This document shows positions 8,596 to 20,549 of a DNA stretch of 32,000 nucleotides, in pieces. The notes under the pieces are model-generated. The model saw nothing but the letters and a program-made list of their open reading frames with translations, had not been told where the DNA came from and did not search any database. Source of the stretch: Crocosphaera subtropica ATCC 51142 (GTDB taxonomy: Bacteria; Cyanobacteriota; Cyanobacteriia; Cyanobacteriales; Microcystaceae); NCBI RefSeq assembly GCF_000017845.1, contig NC_010546.1:4020001-4052000 (forward strand), in the 5' to 3' direction. The position numbers were made by a program, and so were the translations under genes. Positions within the stretch are counted from its first letter, which is position 1. Each line of letters begins with the position of its first letter.

Positions 8596-9669
8596 ATGAA
8601 ACGCTTTTTTAACTTCTATAATCAAAAACATTCTTATTTTTATGGATTAATTTTATCAATTTTTGCCATTGTTATTGTGATGGAATACACAACCCCTTCT
8701 GCCTATGTTTTTGGCTATCTTTATATCGGGGCAATTTTATTGGCAAATACTCATCGCAATCGTCGAGTTGTGACCATTATAACCTTAGCTGCTGCTAATC
8801 TTACATTTTTCAATTTATTCATTCCCACTATTAAAATTTATCATTTACCTACTGTTGCCAATCGTCTGATTGCTATTATTGCACTTTTAGTAACAGGATG
8901 GCTAAGTGTTCGCAATCGAATCTATGAAGAAAAAATTGCCTATCAACAGGCAAAAATTCAAGCACAAGAACAACTTTTTCAAATACGAGAAGATTTTGTT
9001 TCTACCCTTACTCATGATTTAAAAACCCCTTTATTGGGTGCAATAGAAACCTTAAAATCTTTTCAATTAGGATTATTTGGTCAAGTAACCCCAAAACAGC
9101 AAAAAATTTTGGAAATGATGCGTCATTCTCATCAATCTACTTTACAATTAGTGGAAACAGTTCTCGATATTTATCGCAATGACAACGAAGGTTTAAAACT
9201 TCAAAAAGAACCTATTAATTTAAAGGAATTATTAGAAGAAATTGTCGCTACTTTAACTGATTTTGCTTTATCTCGGCGTATCCATCTTAATCTAACTGGA
9301 GAAAATCTTTGGGTAGAAGGGGATAGGTTTCAATTGAAACGGGTTTTTGTTAATCTTTTAAGTAATGCCATTAATCACTCTACTAGAGGCAGTAACGTAG
9401 AAATTTTGCTACAATCTAAAGGCGATAAACAAGAAGTCTTATTTCTCGATAATGGTTTAGGAATTAGTCCTGAAGATATCCCTCAATTATTTGAACGATT
9501 TTATCAAAGTCATCATAACCGTCAAACAAAAGGGTCAGGACTAGGACTTTATCTCAGTCGTCAAATTATTGAAGCACATCAAGGTAAAATATGGGCAGAA
9601 AATCGTTCTTCCCAAGGGGCAATTTTTGGCTGTCGTTTACCTGGTATAGTAGATAGTATTTATGACTGA
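8596..9669 (+). CDS. membrane sensor histidine kinase resembling the C-terminal half of KdpD
   Basis: 357 aa. The N-terminus has about four hydrophobic helices (a DUF4118-like layout). The H-box is STLTHDLKTPL, the N-box LLSNAINHS, and the G-boxes DNGLGI and GSGLGL. It is translationally coupled to the regulator by an 8-nt overlap. Confidence 0.85.
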   Translation: MKRFFNFYNQKHSYFYGLILSIFAIVIVMEYTTPSAYVFGYLYIGAILLANTHRNRRVVTIITLAAANLTFFNLFIPTIKIYHLPTVANRLIAIIALLVTGWLSVRNRIYEEKIAYQQAKIQAQEQLFQIREDFVSTLTHDLKTPLLGAIETLKSFQLGLFGQVTPKQQKILEMMRHSHQSTLQLVETVLDIYRNDNEGLKLQKEPINLKELLEEIVATLTDFALSRRIHLNLTGENLWVEGDRFQLKRVFVNLLSNAINHSTRGSNVEILLQSKGDKQEVLFLDNGLGISPEDIPQLFERFYQSHHNRQTKGSGLGLYLSRQIIEAHQGKIWAENRSSQGAIFGCRLPGIVDSIYD

Positions 9670-10318
9670 ATCTAATTGTTTAAAAATTCTTTTAGTTGAA
9701 GATGATGAACTCTTTAGACTAGGACTGGTTACTCGTCTTCAACGAGAAGTTGATCTCGAAATTGTCGCAGAAGCCAATGATGGAGAAACGGCGGTTGAAT
9801 TGGCTAATCAATACTTGCCTGATGTGGTATTGTTAGATATTGGTTTACCAGGAATTGGCGGAGTTGAAGCCTGTCGTCAGATTAAAGAACAACATCCTGA
9901 TTTACCAATTTTAGTGTTAACTTCCCATTCTCAAACTGCTTTAATTGACCGTTTAATTGCGATTGGTGTTAGTGGTTATTGTCTTAAAGGAATTGAAGCA
10001 GAACATCTGGTTTTAGCCTTACGTTCTGTCGCCGCAGGGGCATCTTGGTGGGATAAACTGGGTACAACAGAAATTTATGCAGAATTTTCTCAAAAAAACC
10101 CTATTAATACTGATGAAACTAAACTCATTGCAAACTTATTAACTCAAAGAGAACAAGAAATTCTGGCTTTAATTGCAGCAGGAAAAACGAATTCAGAAAT
10201 TGCCCAAGTTCTGCACATTGCCACGGGTACAGTTCGGGTTCATGTTCATGCTATTTTACAAAAACTTGATGTCCGCGATCGCACTCAAGCTGCTATTTTA
10301 GCCCTTCGGATGAATTAG
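9662..10318 (+). CDS. NarL/LuxR-type response regulator (REC plus HTH)
   Basis: 218 aa. It has ILLVEDDE, VVLLDIGLPG, and a C-terminal LTQREQEILALIAAGKTNSEIAQVLHIATGTVRVHVHAILQKL GerE/LuxR HTH. Confidence 0.9.
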   Translation: MTESNCLKILLVEDDELFRLGLVTRLQREVDLEIVAEANDGETAVELANQYLPDVVLLDIGLPGIGGVEACRQIKEQHPDLPILVLTSHSQTALIDRLIAIGVSGYCLKGIEAEHLVLALRSVAAGASWWDKLGTTEIYAEFSQKNPINTDETKLIANLLTQREQEILALIAAGKTNSEIAQVLHIATGTVRVHVHAILQKLDVRDRTQAAILALRMN

Positions 10319-10322
10319 CCTT

Positions 10323-11903
10323 TCATAGAATCAACTTGATTAACCATAATATCCCTGCAATAATACTTAAACTAAAAGTTAACCAGTCTCCCCATTGAAC
10401 ATATAAAGTTCTCGTATTTCTAGGATAAATTATCCCTTGATGTAATTCATAAGTATTAATATCTGATATCCATAAAGTGTCCCCTTTTGGATTAACAATA
10501 GCAGAATAACCGGTATTAGTTGCCCTTGCCATCCATCTATCAGTTTCAATGGCGCGAATAACATCTTGTGCATGATGTTGTGCCGGCATAATTTGACTAT
10601 AATGGGCATTATTAGAAGCCGTAATTATAAACTGTCCTCCTGCTTTTGCTTGACGACGAAAATGTTCACTAAAAGCAGATTCATAACAAATTCCTGTGAT
10701 TGCTTGACCAAACGGTGTGTTAAATTTTTGGTCAGTTGTTCCTGCTTTTAAATGACTATCTAAGGGAGATAATCTATTAATTAATTTTCCTAAAATATCT
10801 TCAAAGGGAATATATTCCCCAAGGGGAACTAATTTGACTTTATCAAAACGACTTAAAACATCTCCTGTTTTATCTATCATAAATAGACTATTCGTATAAC
10901 TTGTATTTTGACTACCAAATGCCCCAAGAATAACAGGAACTTGTTGCTCTAAAATAGCACGGTAAAAAGAACTATTATTAACAATGTAATCTAAATTAAA
11001 GGGTAAAGCTGTTTCTGGGGTAATAATCAAATCAACGTCTTGGTCACTGAGTTTTTTATATCCCGTAGTATAACCTTCAATGGCTTTTCTCAACCCTTCA
11101 GGATACAGTTTGATCGTATTAGGAATATTGCCTTGAATAATACCGACATTGATCGCTTTATCTACATTATTAACTAAAGGTTGTTTATATAAATAAATTC
11201 CCCCTAGATGTAACGCAGTAATTCCTATCAAAGAAGTAAAAAATAATAGTAAAAATTGTTTTTTGTTTTGATAATAAACTAAAATAGACTCTGCCAATAA
11301 TCCATTAATTCCCACAATAGCAGCAGTGACAGTGGAATAACCTGATAATTTTGTTAGTTGTAAAATAATTAAATTATTAGGACTTTGGGTATAAGATAAA
11401 GAAGTCCACCATAATGCGCCCTGATTCCACAATAATTCTAATAGACACCAAATAGCGACCCCAAAAATAACCCTTATAATCGCTTCCCAGTAATTATTTT
11501 TAATTATTGTTCCCTTTTTGCCAATAAACAAACGAAAAATAATTGACCAAACTGTAACTAATATAGCCCCCCAAATGGTAATAAATAACCAACAAAAAAG
11601 AGCAATTAATAAACTAAAAAGCCAAGGAACCCCCATCCAAGTCATAGGATGAATACCCGTAATCCAAAATAAACCAAACCCATGATAAGCGAATCCCCAA
11701 ACAAAAGCGATCGCTGTTTTTTTATTAATAAGAATATTGGTAAGGAATGACTTTTTCTTAGTATATTTATTATCATTTGATACAATGAATAACCATAACG
11801 GAATTAATGCTATCCAAGCTAAATAGAAAGCAGAAAAAGGAGCCGTTGTTAAGCCCATTAATAAACCACTGATGGCAGTTAATAAAACTTTCATAATCAC
11901 CAT
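10323..11903 (-). CDS. lnt: apolipoprotein N-acyltransferase
   Basis: 526 aa. The N-terminal half is polytopic. The C-terminal CN-hydrolase domain shows VGIIQGNIP, TPETALPF, KVKLVPLGEYIPF and GICYESAF. Confidence 0.85.
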   Translation of the reverse strand: MVIMKVLLTAISGLLMGLTTAPFSAFYLAWIALIPLWLFIVSNDNKYTKKKSFLTNILINKKTAIAFVWGFAYHGFGLFWITGIHPMTWMGVPWLFSLLIALFCWLFITIWGAILVTVWSIIFRLFIGKKGTIIKNNYWEAIIRVIFGVAIWCLLELLWNQGALWWTSLSYTQSPNNLIILQLTKLSGYSTVTAAIVGINGLLAESILVYYQNKKQFLLLFFTSLIGITALHLGGIYLYKQPLVNNVDKAINVGIIQGNIPNTIKLYPEGLRKAIEGYTTGYKKLSDQDVDLIITPETALPFNLDYIVNNSSFYRAILEQQVPVILGAFGSQNTSYTNSLFMIDKTGDVLSRFDKVKLVPLGEYIPFEDILGKLINRLSPLDSHLKAGTTDQKFNTPFGQAITGICYESAFSEHFRRQAKAGGQFIITASNNAHYSQIMPAQHHAQDVIRAIETDRWMARATNTGYSAIVNPKGDTLWISDINTYELHQGIIYPRNTRTLYVQWGDWLTFSLSIIAGILWLIKLIL

Positions 11904-11921
11904 TAATCATTAATATAAATT

Positions 11922-11959
11922 AGGGGTCAACACTTTGACTTCGCTCAGCGTTGACCCCT
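11922..11959 (-). terminator. stem-loop downstream of the 11989..12531 gene
   Basis: AGGGGTCAAC (11922..11931) and GTTGACCCCT (11950..11959) form a 10-bp stem with an 18-nt loop. It lies between the stop of the upstream minus-strand gene and the lnt start. Confidence 0.45.
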
Positions 11960-11988
11960 TACCAATTTTCTGATGGTTATTATAATGA

Positions 11989-12531
11989 TTATTCATTATA
12001 AGCAGGAAACAAACTGCGGGGAAAATCTTGTGCAGACAGACAAATATCCATCGCTCGAACGGGACTCATATCGGTGACTTCCCTAGCAGTAGCAATGACA
12101 CATTCAGAATAAAAACCCGGCCGTAAACTGGTACGACAAGAATTTAATAACGTTAATAAATTGATTTCTTGCGTATCTGTTTCTGGATCAACAACGGCTA
12201 AACCAGGAACCGCATTATAAATATCAGCAACACAGTTTCCTAAGTCAATGGGTCGTCTCACTTGAAAACAAGCTCTTACAGAGTCATTTCCATTGATAGG
12301 GGTGGCATTTGCTATAATACTGACACATTCGGATAATTCTTTAGGAATTAGTGCATCAGAACAAGCAATAGAGGCATCTTCCCCTGATACATCAAACTTT
12401 TCTAGTTGAGTAATGCACACACTAAACTGGTTCCAATTACCGGCTTTCACAGGAACGGTAAACAGTAATAAACCCAGAGAAACTGGAAACACTCCTAACC
12501 CACGCAATAAATGATTTAATGACATGATCAT
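11989..12531 (-). CDS. secreted Cys-rich hypothetical protein
   Basis: 180 aa. The N-terminus is signal-like (GVFPVSLGLLLFTVPVKAG). The mature part has ten Cys. I recognise no family. Confidence 0.5.
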   Translation of the reverse strand: MIMSLNHLLRGLGVFPVSLGLLLFTVPVKAGNWNQFSVCITQLEKFDVSGEDASIACSDALIPKELSECVSIIANATPINGNDSVRACFQVRRPIDLGNCVADIYNAVPGLAVVDPETDTQEINLLTLLNSCRTSLRPGFYSECVIATAREVTDMSPVRAMDICLSAQDFPRSLFPAYNE

Positions 12532-12606
12532 AACTGTTTAAGACAGCATCAAAGCCCAAATAAATAAATCACTTGGATTTTAACAAAAGATTTGATTAAG
12601 TTACGG

Positions 12607-13206
12607 TTATAGCTCAAAATTCTCTGTAAACCATTGACGAGTCATCGGTTGTTCTATCATTAACCCTTCTCCCCCCAATATTTCTAAGGGTTCGCCGTCA
12701 ATGGACAACCACACTTGAGCATTGGAATCTAAACTGGTAGCAGTGTACAATAGTTGCGCTAATCGTCCCGTCATGGATGCACTACCGCCTCCTGTGGTAA
12801 ATTCAGAGGAAAGATTAAGATGAACCCCTTTATCGTCCAGTTTAAGGCTTAATAACTTGGTTTCTGGGGGTATAGTGGTGTCGTTTTCAGAACCCTGGGG
12901 TCCGGATAATAAGTCTTTAACCGCCGTTTCTAAAACTTGTTGGTCTGTTAGAGACTTTTGTAGGGTTAAGGGACTCTCTTGTAATTTTAAGCGATCGCCT
13001 GTCGCATCCAACCAATAAACTTGTCCCCGTTGTTCAGTTTCAGCCGGTTGACTCACCGGACTTTCTGTGGGGGTTGGGGTATCGGTAGATTTAGTTAGAG
13101 TATGAACGGCCCACCAAGTCGCTACAGTTCCGGTGGTTAGCATGGCTGCAATAATTCCAGCAATAAAGCCGATAGAGGAACGATTTTGACGATTATTATC
13201 TTGCAT
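12607..13206 (-). CDS. GerMN domain-containing membrane-anchored protein
   Basis: 199 aa. It has an N-terminal TM helix, a Pro/Thr linker, and then QVLETAVKDLLSGP...LNLSSEF...GSASMTGRLAQLLYTATSL...V, the typical GerMN pattern. Confidence 0.7.
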   Translation of the reverse strand: MQDNNRQNRSSIGFIAGIIAAMLTTGTVATWWAVHTLTKSTDTPTPTESPVSQPAETEQRGQVYWLDATGDRLKLQESPLTLQKSLTDQQVLETAVKDLLSGPQGSENDTTIPPETKLLSLKLDDKGVHLNLSSEFTTGGGSASMTGRLAQLLYTATSLDSNAQVWLSIDGEPLEILGGEGLMIEQPMTRQWFTENFEL

Positions 13207-13310
13207 ATTATTTTCCTCTTAAAATGTTTTTATTCTTCAAGACGATTCTAGCGTAGATAACAGTTCCTGGTCAGATCATTAAGTATTGATAATTAATAAT
13301 TAACAATTGA

Positions 13311-14114
13311 TTATTCTTCTGATGGACTCAGTCGAAAAAAGGCAGCAATATCGAGGGTTTCATCGTTAAGATTGACTTGTAAAATTCTCACTAAAAATCC
13401 CTGATCGGCAAAAATATCTAAGGTTAGTCTCTCGCTAATTCCTGCCAATATTATATTAGCAAATCTTGAAGATAATTTTCTATCATTAATAATCGCAGTC
13501 AGATCGGTTAACTTAATTTTTTTCCCTTGTTCTATGTCAAAAGCAACTTCTGCTGCAATATCTAACTGATTCGGTTCTTCTCCTTCTAATGCTTCTTGTT
13601 CTAATTCAATTTCTAAAGCTAAGCGATTTTCTGGCATAAAATTAATCTGTAATTTTAAAATTTTGAATCGAGGAGCTTCGGGAGGTAAAATAGTATCAAT
13701 TAACCCTTGTAATTGTTCTCTAATACTATAAGCTTCTAAGGCTGAATTAAGGTCATCTTCTTCTATAACCAAACGAAAAGCTCCTTGAAAGGGTTTATTT
13801 AGAGAAGATTGAATACTTTTAATATCTGCTACCTCTTGAGCTTTATTAATATCAATATCAATGGGATCGGTTTCTAAATCAAAAGTATCTATTCTTAAAT
13901 TATCAATAATTTCTATGCCACGACTAGCAATGCGTACCCGATCAATTTTTCCTGAAACCGCCTGATAACTGGGGGTATTATCAATTCTAACCGCTAACTC
14001 CTCTACACTAGAAACTTGAGAACGTAATCTATTAGCCACCACCGTATCCACCACAAACCCGATAGGGGAAAGAATGGTGATTAAACTAGACAAAAAAATA
14101 GTAAAAACTTCCAT
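13311..14114 (-). CDS. DUF2993 (LmeA-like) family protein
   Basis: 267 aa. An N-terminal TM helix is followed by RLRSQVSSVEELAVRIDNTPSYQAVSGKIDRVRIASRGI, as I remember from cyanobacterial DUF2993 proteins. Confidence 0.6.
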   Translation of the reverse strand: MEVFTIFLSSLITILSPIGFVVDTVVANRLRSQVSSVEELAVRIDNTPSYQAVSGKIDRVRIASRGIEIIDNLRIDTFDLETDPIDIDINKAQEVADIKSIQSSLNKPFQGAFRLVIEEDDLNSALEAYSIREQLQGLIDTILPPEAPRFKILKLQINFMPENRLALEIELEQEALEGEEPNQLDIAAEVAFDIEQGKKIKLTDLTAIINDRKLSSRFANIILAGISERLTLDIFADQGFLVRILQVNLNDETLDIAAFFRLSPSEE

Positions 14115-14158
14115 AAAACTAGATTATTCAATTCATTTTTATAGAGGGTAACATAGAA

Positions 14159-14473
14159 TTACTCATCTAAAATCCATTCTGAACTTTTTTCCCCCAAGTC
14201 AAGAGGAATACTCACTGCTTTTCCGAGACGGGGACGTTCGTTTGTGGTTTCTAAATAATTAATAATTTGCTGTTGACTTCCCCAAGCGGTTAGGTAGTTT
14301 GCGATCGCATTCAAATGTTCAAAGTATTCTTGTTCTGTCATGGGAAATGATGCTTGTTCGAGATACTTCCACATTACCTGACAAAAAATTTTACCTTTGA
14401 CTTTTCTTAGCTGTATATCGTAGGATCTTCCCCATTTACTGTACAATAATTGGTGTAGGTCTTGTCCTGTCAT
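14159..14473 (-). CDS. DUF3067 family protein
   Basis: The track ORF is 14159..14491. Family members, as I recall them, begin MTGQ(D/E)L...WG.SYD(I/V)Q, so I prefer the internal ATG at 14473. The sequence reads MTGQDLHQLLYSKWGRSYDIQLRKVKGKIFCQVMWKYLEQASFP. Confidence 0.65.
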   Translation of the reverse strand: MTGQDLHQLLYSKWGRSYDIQLRKVKGKIFCQVMWKYLEQASFPMTEQEYFEHLNAIANYLTAWGSQQQIINYLETTNERPRLGKAVSIPLDLGEKSSEWILDE

Positions 14474-14618
14474 CCTGGTTCCCTTCATCACAATACTGCC
14501 TCTTATTGGTTATAACAGAAATAACAGTTATTAGTCACTTGTACTGAGCTATATCGAAGTATCAGTTACCAATTATCAGTTATAAATTTTTTCAACTTTC
14601 AATTATTAATTGTTAATT

Positions 14619-16702
<2,084 letters not shown>

Positions 16703-16703
<1 letters not shown>

Positions 16704-16763
16704 GGCTTAATATTATTAAGCCCCTACGTTAGAATTCTGTAGGGGTTTAATACAATTAAACCC
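16703..16763. terminator. compound palindrome (three hairpins) between convergent genes; likely a bidirectional terminator
   Basis: GGGCTTAAT-att-ATTAAGCCC lies at 16703..16723. A central CCTAC...GAATTC...GTAGG follows. GGGTTTAAT-aca-ATTAAACCC lies at 16743..16763. The whole 61 nt is quasi-palindromic around GAATTC. Confidence 0.5.
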
Positions 16764-16770
16764 AGACTGA

Positions 16771-17061
16771 TTAATGGGGTAGATTGGGAAAGTTCGGGAA
16801 AAATAACTTAATCGCTCCACTGGTTAAAGCAACAATGACCCCAATAGCAACGGAACGATTGATAAACTCTTGGGAATCTAACCGTTTATTCATTCCTTTG
16901 AGTTCTGTTTTAACTTCCGTTAGTTCTACCTCTATACTGCCTATTTTTTCTGATTGCTTATCAATCTTTTGAGATAGCTCCTTATGATTACTGTCCATCT
17001 TATCCTCAATACGCTTGAGAATTTCTGCCGTGGTATAAGTAACGGTAGAAGGTTCATTCAT
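16771..17061 (-). CDS. small coiled-coil protein with a C-terminal TM anchor (hypothetical)
   Basis: 96 aa. A heptad-like charged region (KELSQKIDKQSEKIGSIEVELTEVKTELKGMNKRL) is followed by VAIGVIVALTSGAIKLFF. AGGAG lies ~8 nt upstream of the ATG. I prefer it to the antisense track ORF 16784..16972. Confidence 0.5.
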   Translation of the reverse strand: MNEPSTVTYTTAEILKRIEDKMDSNHKELSQKIDKQSEKIGSIEVELTEVKTELKGMNKRLDSQEFINRSVAIGVIVALTSGAIKLFFPNFPNLPH

Positions 17062-17164
17062 GAGTTAAACTCCTAATAGTAATATATTGTGTTGATGTCC
17101 CCAAGGTTGCCCCCTTGAGGACTCTTCTTTATTATGAGCCAACCTTTTCGATTTAATCAACAAT

Positions 17165-17410
17165 ATGGAACAAACTTCTATTACCATTAAAATTCCTAGT
17201 GAATTACTTGAACTTGCCAAATCATTAGAAACAGAAACCGAATCATTAAATGATTTAGTGCAAAAAGCTTTAGAAAAGGAAATCAAATGGCGGAAAGCAT
17301 GGACAGCACACCAAACTATTTTAAAACTCCGACAAGAAATTAAAGAAACAACAGGCGTTCACCTCGACCCCATTCCCTTAATTAGAGAATTAAGAGAAGG
17401 GAAAAATTAG
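17165..17410 (+). CDS. ribbon-helix-helix (CopG/VapB-like) antitoxin-like protein with no cognate toxin gene adjacent
   Basis: 81 aa. The N-terminal ITIKIPSELLELAKSLE...LNDLVQKALEKEI fits a beta-strand plus two-helix RHH pattern. The next gene starts 29 nt downstream and is another antitoxin-like ORF. Confidence 0.45.
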   Translation: MEQTSITIKIPSELLELAKSLETETESLNDLVQKALEKEIKWRKAWTAHQTILKLRQEIKETTGVHLDPIPLIRELREGKN

Positions 17411-17439
17411 AAACTAATAGTAAATTACAGTAAAATAAA

Positions 17440-17710
17440 ATGATTAATATTGAAAAATTACAGCGCGATCTCGATGAATTACCAGAAGAAGCACAAGAAT
17501 TATTAATAGATTTTGTTGAAATACTAAAAAAAAGATATTCTTCATCTAATCAACAAGAAACATCAGAAAACCTTACTTTAGAAGAACGTCGTGCCTTTCT
17601 AAAGTTACCTCTTTCTGAACCTCGTCACATTCTTTCTCAGCAAGCAGAAGAAATGGAAAACCACTATCGACAAAATACAGACTGGAAAGAATTTTTAGCA
17701 GGTAATATCA

Positions 17711-17721
<11 letters not shown>
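17440..17721 (+). CDS. putative antitoxin of the mazF/pemK-type module
   Basis: 93 aa and acidic (LDELPEEAQELLIDFVEILKKRY...). Its stop overlaps the candidate TTG start of the downstream PemK-like reading frame by 11 nt. Confidence 0.55.
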
Positions 17722-18189
<468 letters not shown>

Positions 18190-18427
18190 ACAAAGATATC
18201 AAAATAGTAGGCCGATGCACTCCCCACTTTACAACTTTATTTAGTTCTCAACAATGCTTTTTATGTATCTGAAAATTAGGTAATAGGTGCAACACTTTCC
18301 CATTATGAATATAATATCATGTCAAGTCAAGAAAATCAAGCATTTTAGAAACAATTTATAACAATGATTTATAAAAAATTCTCAATAAAAAATAGTGATA
18401 AACTCTAGATAATGACAGGAGAATTTT

Positions 18428-18967
18428 ATGAGTTCAAACGGAACATCAAAAAAGATTATCGCCATACAAGGAGATATCACTCAGCAAGGGGTGGATGCTA
18501 TTGTTAACGCTGCCAATGAATCATTACTAGGAGGGGGTGGGGTTGACGGGGCCATTCATAAAGCAGCAGGACCGGCATTATTAGAAGAATGTCGTACCCT
18601 AGGAGGGTGCAATGTGGGAGATGCTAAAATAACCAAGGGTTATCAATTGCCAGCACAATGGGTTATTCATACCGTTGGTCCGGTTTGGCGTGGCGGTAAT
18701 GATCAAGAAGATCAATTATTAGCCAGTTGTTACAATCGCTGTTTAGAAATTGCTACAGAAAAACGCTTAAAAACTATTGCTTTTCCTGCTATTAGTACGG
18801 GAGTTTATGGTTATCCTTTAGAGTTAGCAACCCCGATCGCCATTCAAACCGTCAAAGACTTTTTACAAGGAAATACCACTATTCAGCAGGTTATTTTTGT
18901 CTGTTTTAGTCTAGATTCTTATGACTGTTATAAACACTTTCTCTTAGAAATGTTACCCGAAAAATAA
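18428..18967 (+). CDS. macro-domain protein (O-acetyl-ADP-ribose deacetylase, YmdB/MacroD-like)
   Basis: 179 aa. It has IQGDITQQGVDAIVNAANESLLGGGGVDGAIHKAAGP and AFPAISTGVYGYP, the canonical macro-domain motifs. GGAG lies upstream of the ATG. Confidence 0.9.
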   Translation: MSSNGTSKKIIAIQGDITQQGVDAIVNAANESLLGGGGVDGAIHKAAGPALLEECRTLGGCNVGDAKITKGYQLPAQWVIHTVGPVWRGGNDQEDQLLASCYNRCLEIATEKRLKTIAFPAISTGVYGYPLELATPIAIQTVKDFLQGNTTIQQVIFVCFSLDSYDCYKHFLLEMLPEK

Positions 18968-18986
18968 GGGTGAGTTTTCCTCACCC
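18968..18986. terminator. hairpin between the convergent macro-domain and VOC-like genes
   Basis: GGGTGAG-ttttc-CTCACCC lies immediately after the TAA of the macro gene and 10 nt from the stop of the minus-strand gene. Confidence 0.5.
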
Positions 18987-18995
18987 CCTTTAACT

Positions 18996-19574
18996 TTAAT
19001 TTTTAACTTCTACCATTTCGATAATTCTCTCATCAATATCCTTAACCAAAAAATTGAGAGGTTTTCTACGACGAACTTTATACTTTAAGCGTCGAGACTC
19101 AACTCTTAACAAAATATCTTCTAAACATTCATTATCAAAACAAACATGACGTTGTCGATTTTTTGCGCCATAACTTGCTCCTCCGATAATATGCAGTTGG
19201 GTATTTTTTTTCAATTGATACCACAGTCCATCCCTAGTTCCTAAGTTACTGGTAGCAGTTGCAGTGGGTGTTGCAGACAGATAAAAAGGATCAACCCCTG
19301 CGGTTCCTAAAGTTTGTTCATAATTGTAATAATAATGAAGAGGCACATCAGCCACATTTAACTGCAATAACCCCTCGTAAAATTGTCGAGCCACCTCCAT
19401 ATCAGATACCATAATGGTGTAGACTTTAGGCGCACTGGTCAAAAACATCCACATAGCCAAACCATAGGCAGCCAATAACATCACCATGATGCCTTGGGTA
19501 GAAAAAACGCTATCGATGGGCAAAAATGCCCCTAAATAATTGAATGTTAAGGTAAGGTGTGTCACTATAGTCAT
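18996..19574 (-). CDS. membrane-anchored VOC/glyoxalase-like protein (tentative)
   Basis: 192 aa. The N-terminus has hydrophobic helices. It then reads YTIMVSDMEVARQFYEGLLQL...LHIIGG...RHVCFD...NFLVKDIDERIIEMVEV, which resembles a single VOC module. Confidence 0.45.
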   Translation of the reverse strand: MTIVTHLTLTFNYLGAFLPIDSVFSTQGIMVMLLAAYGLAMWMFLTSAPKVYTIMVSDMEVARQFYEGLLQLNVADVPLHYYYNYEQTLGTAGVDPFYLSATPTATATSNLGTRDGLWYQLKKNTQLHIIGGASYGAKNRQRHVCFDNECLEDILLRVESRRLKYKVRRRKPLNFLVKDIDERIIEMVEVKN

Positions 19575-19812
19575 AGATTAAGGATAAGAACGATGCTAGT
19601 TCGTCCTACTTTACTACAAATTAAACTGTTTTCAAGAAAAGACAGCAGATTAAAAATCAGATGTCAACTTTTATCTTTCGATTTTATCCAATTGTTACTT
19701 AAAAAGGCAACAACAAGTCTTATTCTTTAAAAATCAATACGATTATAATACAGTATAAAAAAATATAGCGTTAATTGATACTGATCCTGAAAATCATCTT
19801 TTTCAAACTATT

Positions 19813-20469
19813 ATGAAATCAGATCCCAACCGAATCTTACGATTAATTCCCCTCTTTGCTGGTAGTTTAGGGGGTATTCTCTTATTAATCAATCGTTTAA
19901 TGACGGTAAAATTAACCGAGTCTCAAGCCAGATCGGATGTTTTGGGAGTAATCTTAAGTGGGGTCTTAATTTTAGTGGGATTAATTTGGCAACAAATTCA
20001 ACCCCGATCGCCTGATGCTGTTGTCCTAGAAGGAGAAGAAGGTATCGAATTTAACTCCAACTTACCCGATTCTATCAAAACCGAACTAGCCTGGGCTTCT
20101 CATCTGGTATTAACTAATACCGTTACTCGATCTTTAGTCGTGTATTATCAGGATACAGTATTACTCCGCCGAGGTATCTTAGGTCCTAATGCCCAAGTGA
20201 CTCCAGGCAAAATCTTACAACGGGTTCTAGAAACCCAAAAACCTGTTTATCTGGTTAATTTAAACCTTTATCCAGGGAAAATTGAGTTTGATTACTTACC
20301 CCCCAACACACAAGGGGTTATTTGTCAACCCTTGGGAAACCGTGGGGCAATGATTTTAGGGGCGAATGTTCCCCGAAGTTATACGAAACAAGACGAAAAC
20401 TGGATCGAAGGCATTGCTGATAAACTGACTCTAACCCTAAAAACCGAGTTAAGCTCAGTTAAATTGTAA
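19813..20469 (+). CDS. DUF2930 / CCB2-like (cofactor assembly of complex C subunit B) protein (tentative)
   Basis: 218 aa with two N-terminal TM helices (LIPLFAGSLGGILLLINRL and VLGVILSGVLILVGLIW) and a soluble C-domain. The pattern is recalled from cyanobacterial CCB-family proteins. Confidence 0.5.
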   Translation: MKSDPNRILRLIPLFAGSLGGILLLINRLMTVKLTESQARSDVLGVILSGVLILVGLIWQQIQPRSPDAVVLEGEEGIEFNSNLPDSIKTELAWASHLVLTNTVTRSLVVYYQDTVLLRRGILGPNAQVTPGKILQRVLETQKPVYLVNLNLYPGKIEFDYLPPNTQGVICQPLGNRGAMILGANVPRSYTKQDENWIEGIADKLTLTLKTELSSVKL

Positions 20470-20549
20470 CAGGAAAGTTCCTGAAGGGAACATTAAAATT
20501 AGAACTATTGTCAACTATCTATGGCCAACCTCTAACCCCATGATGAACC

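Noticed and set aside
10566-10751. 61-aa plus-strand ORF inside lnt
   Set aside because: It is an antisense shadow ORF within a well-supported CDS.
18428-18967. Macro-domain gene as a DarG-like antitoxin of a DarTG ADP-ribosylation system, given the surrounding TA loci
   Set aside because: No DarT-like ORF is adjacent: the flanks are a 238-nt AT-rich spacer and a convergent VOC-like gene. The protein is a short stand-alone YmdB/MacroD type lacking the DarG C-terminal domain.
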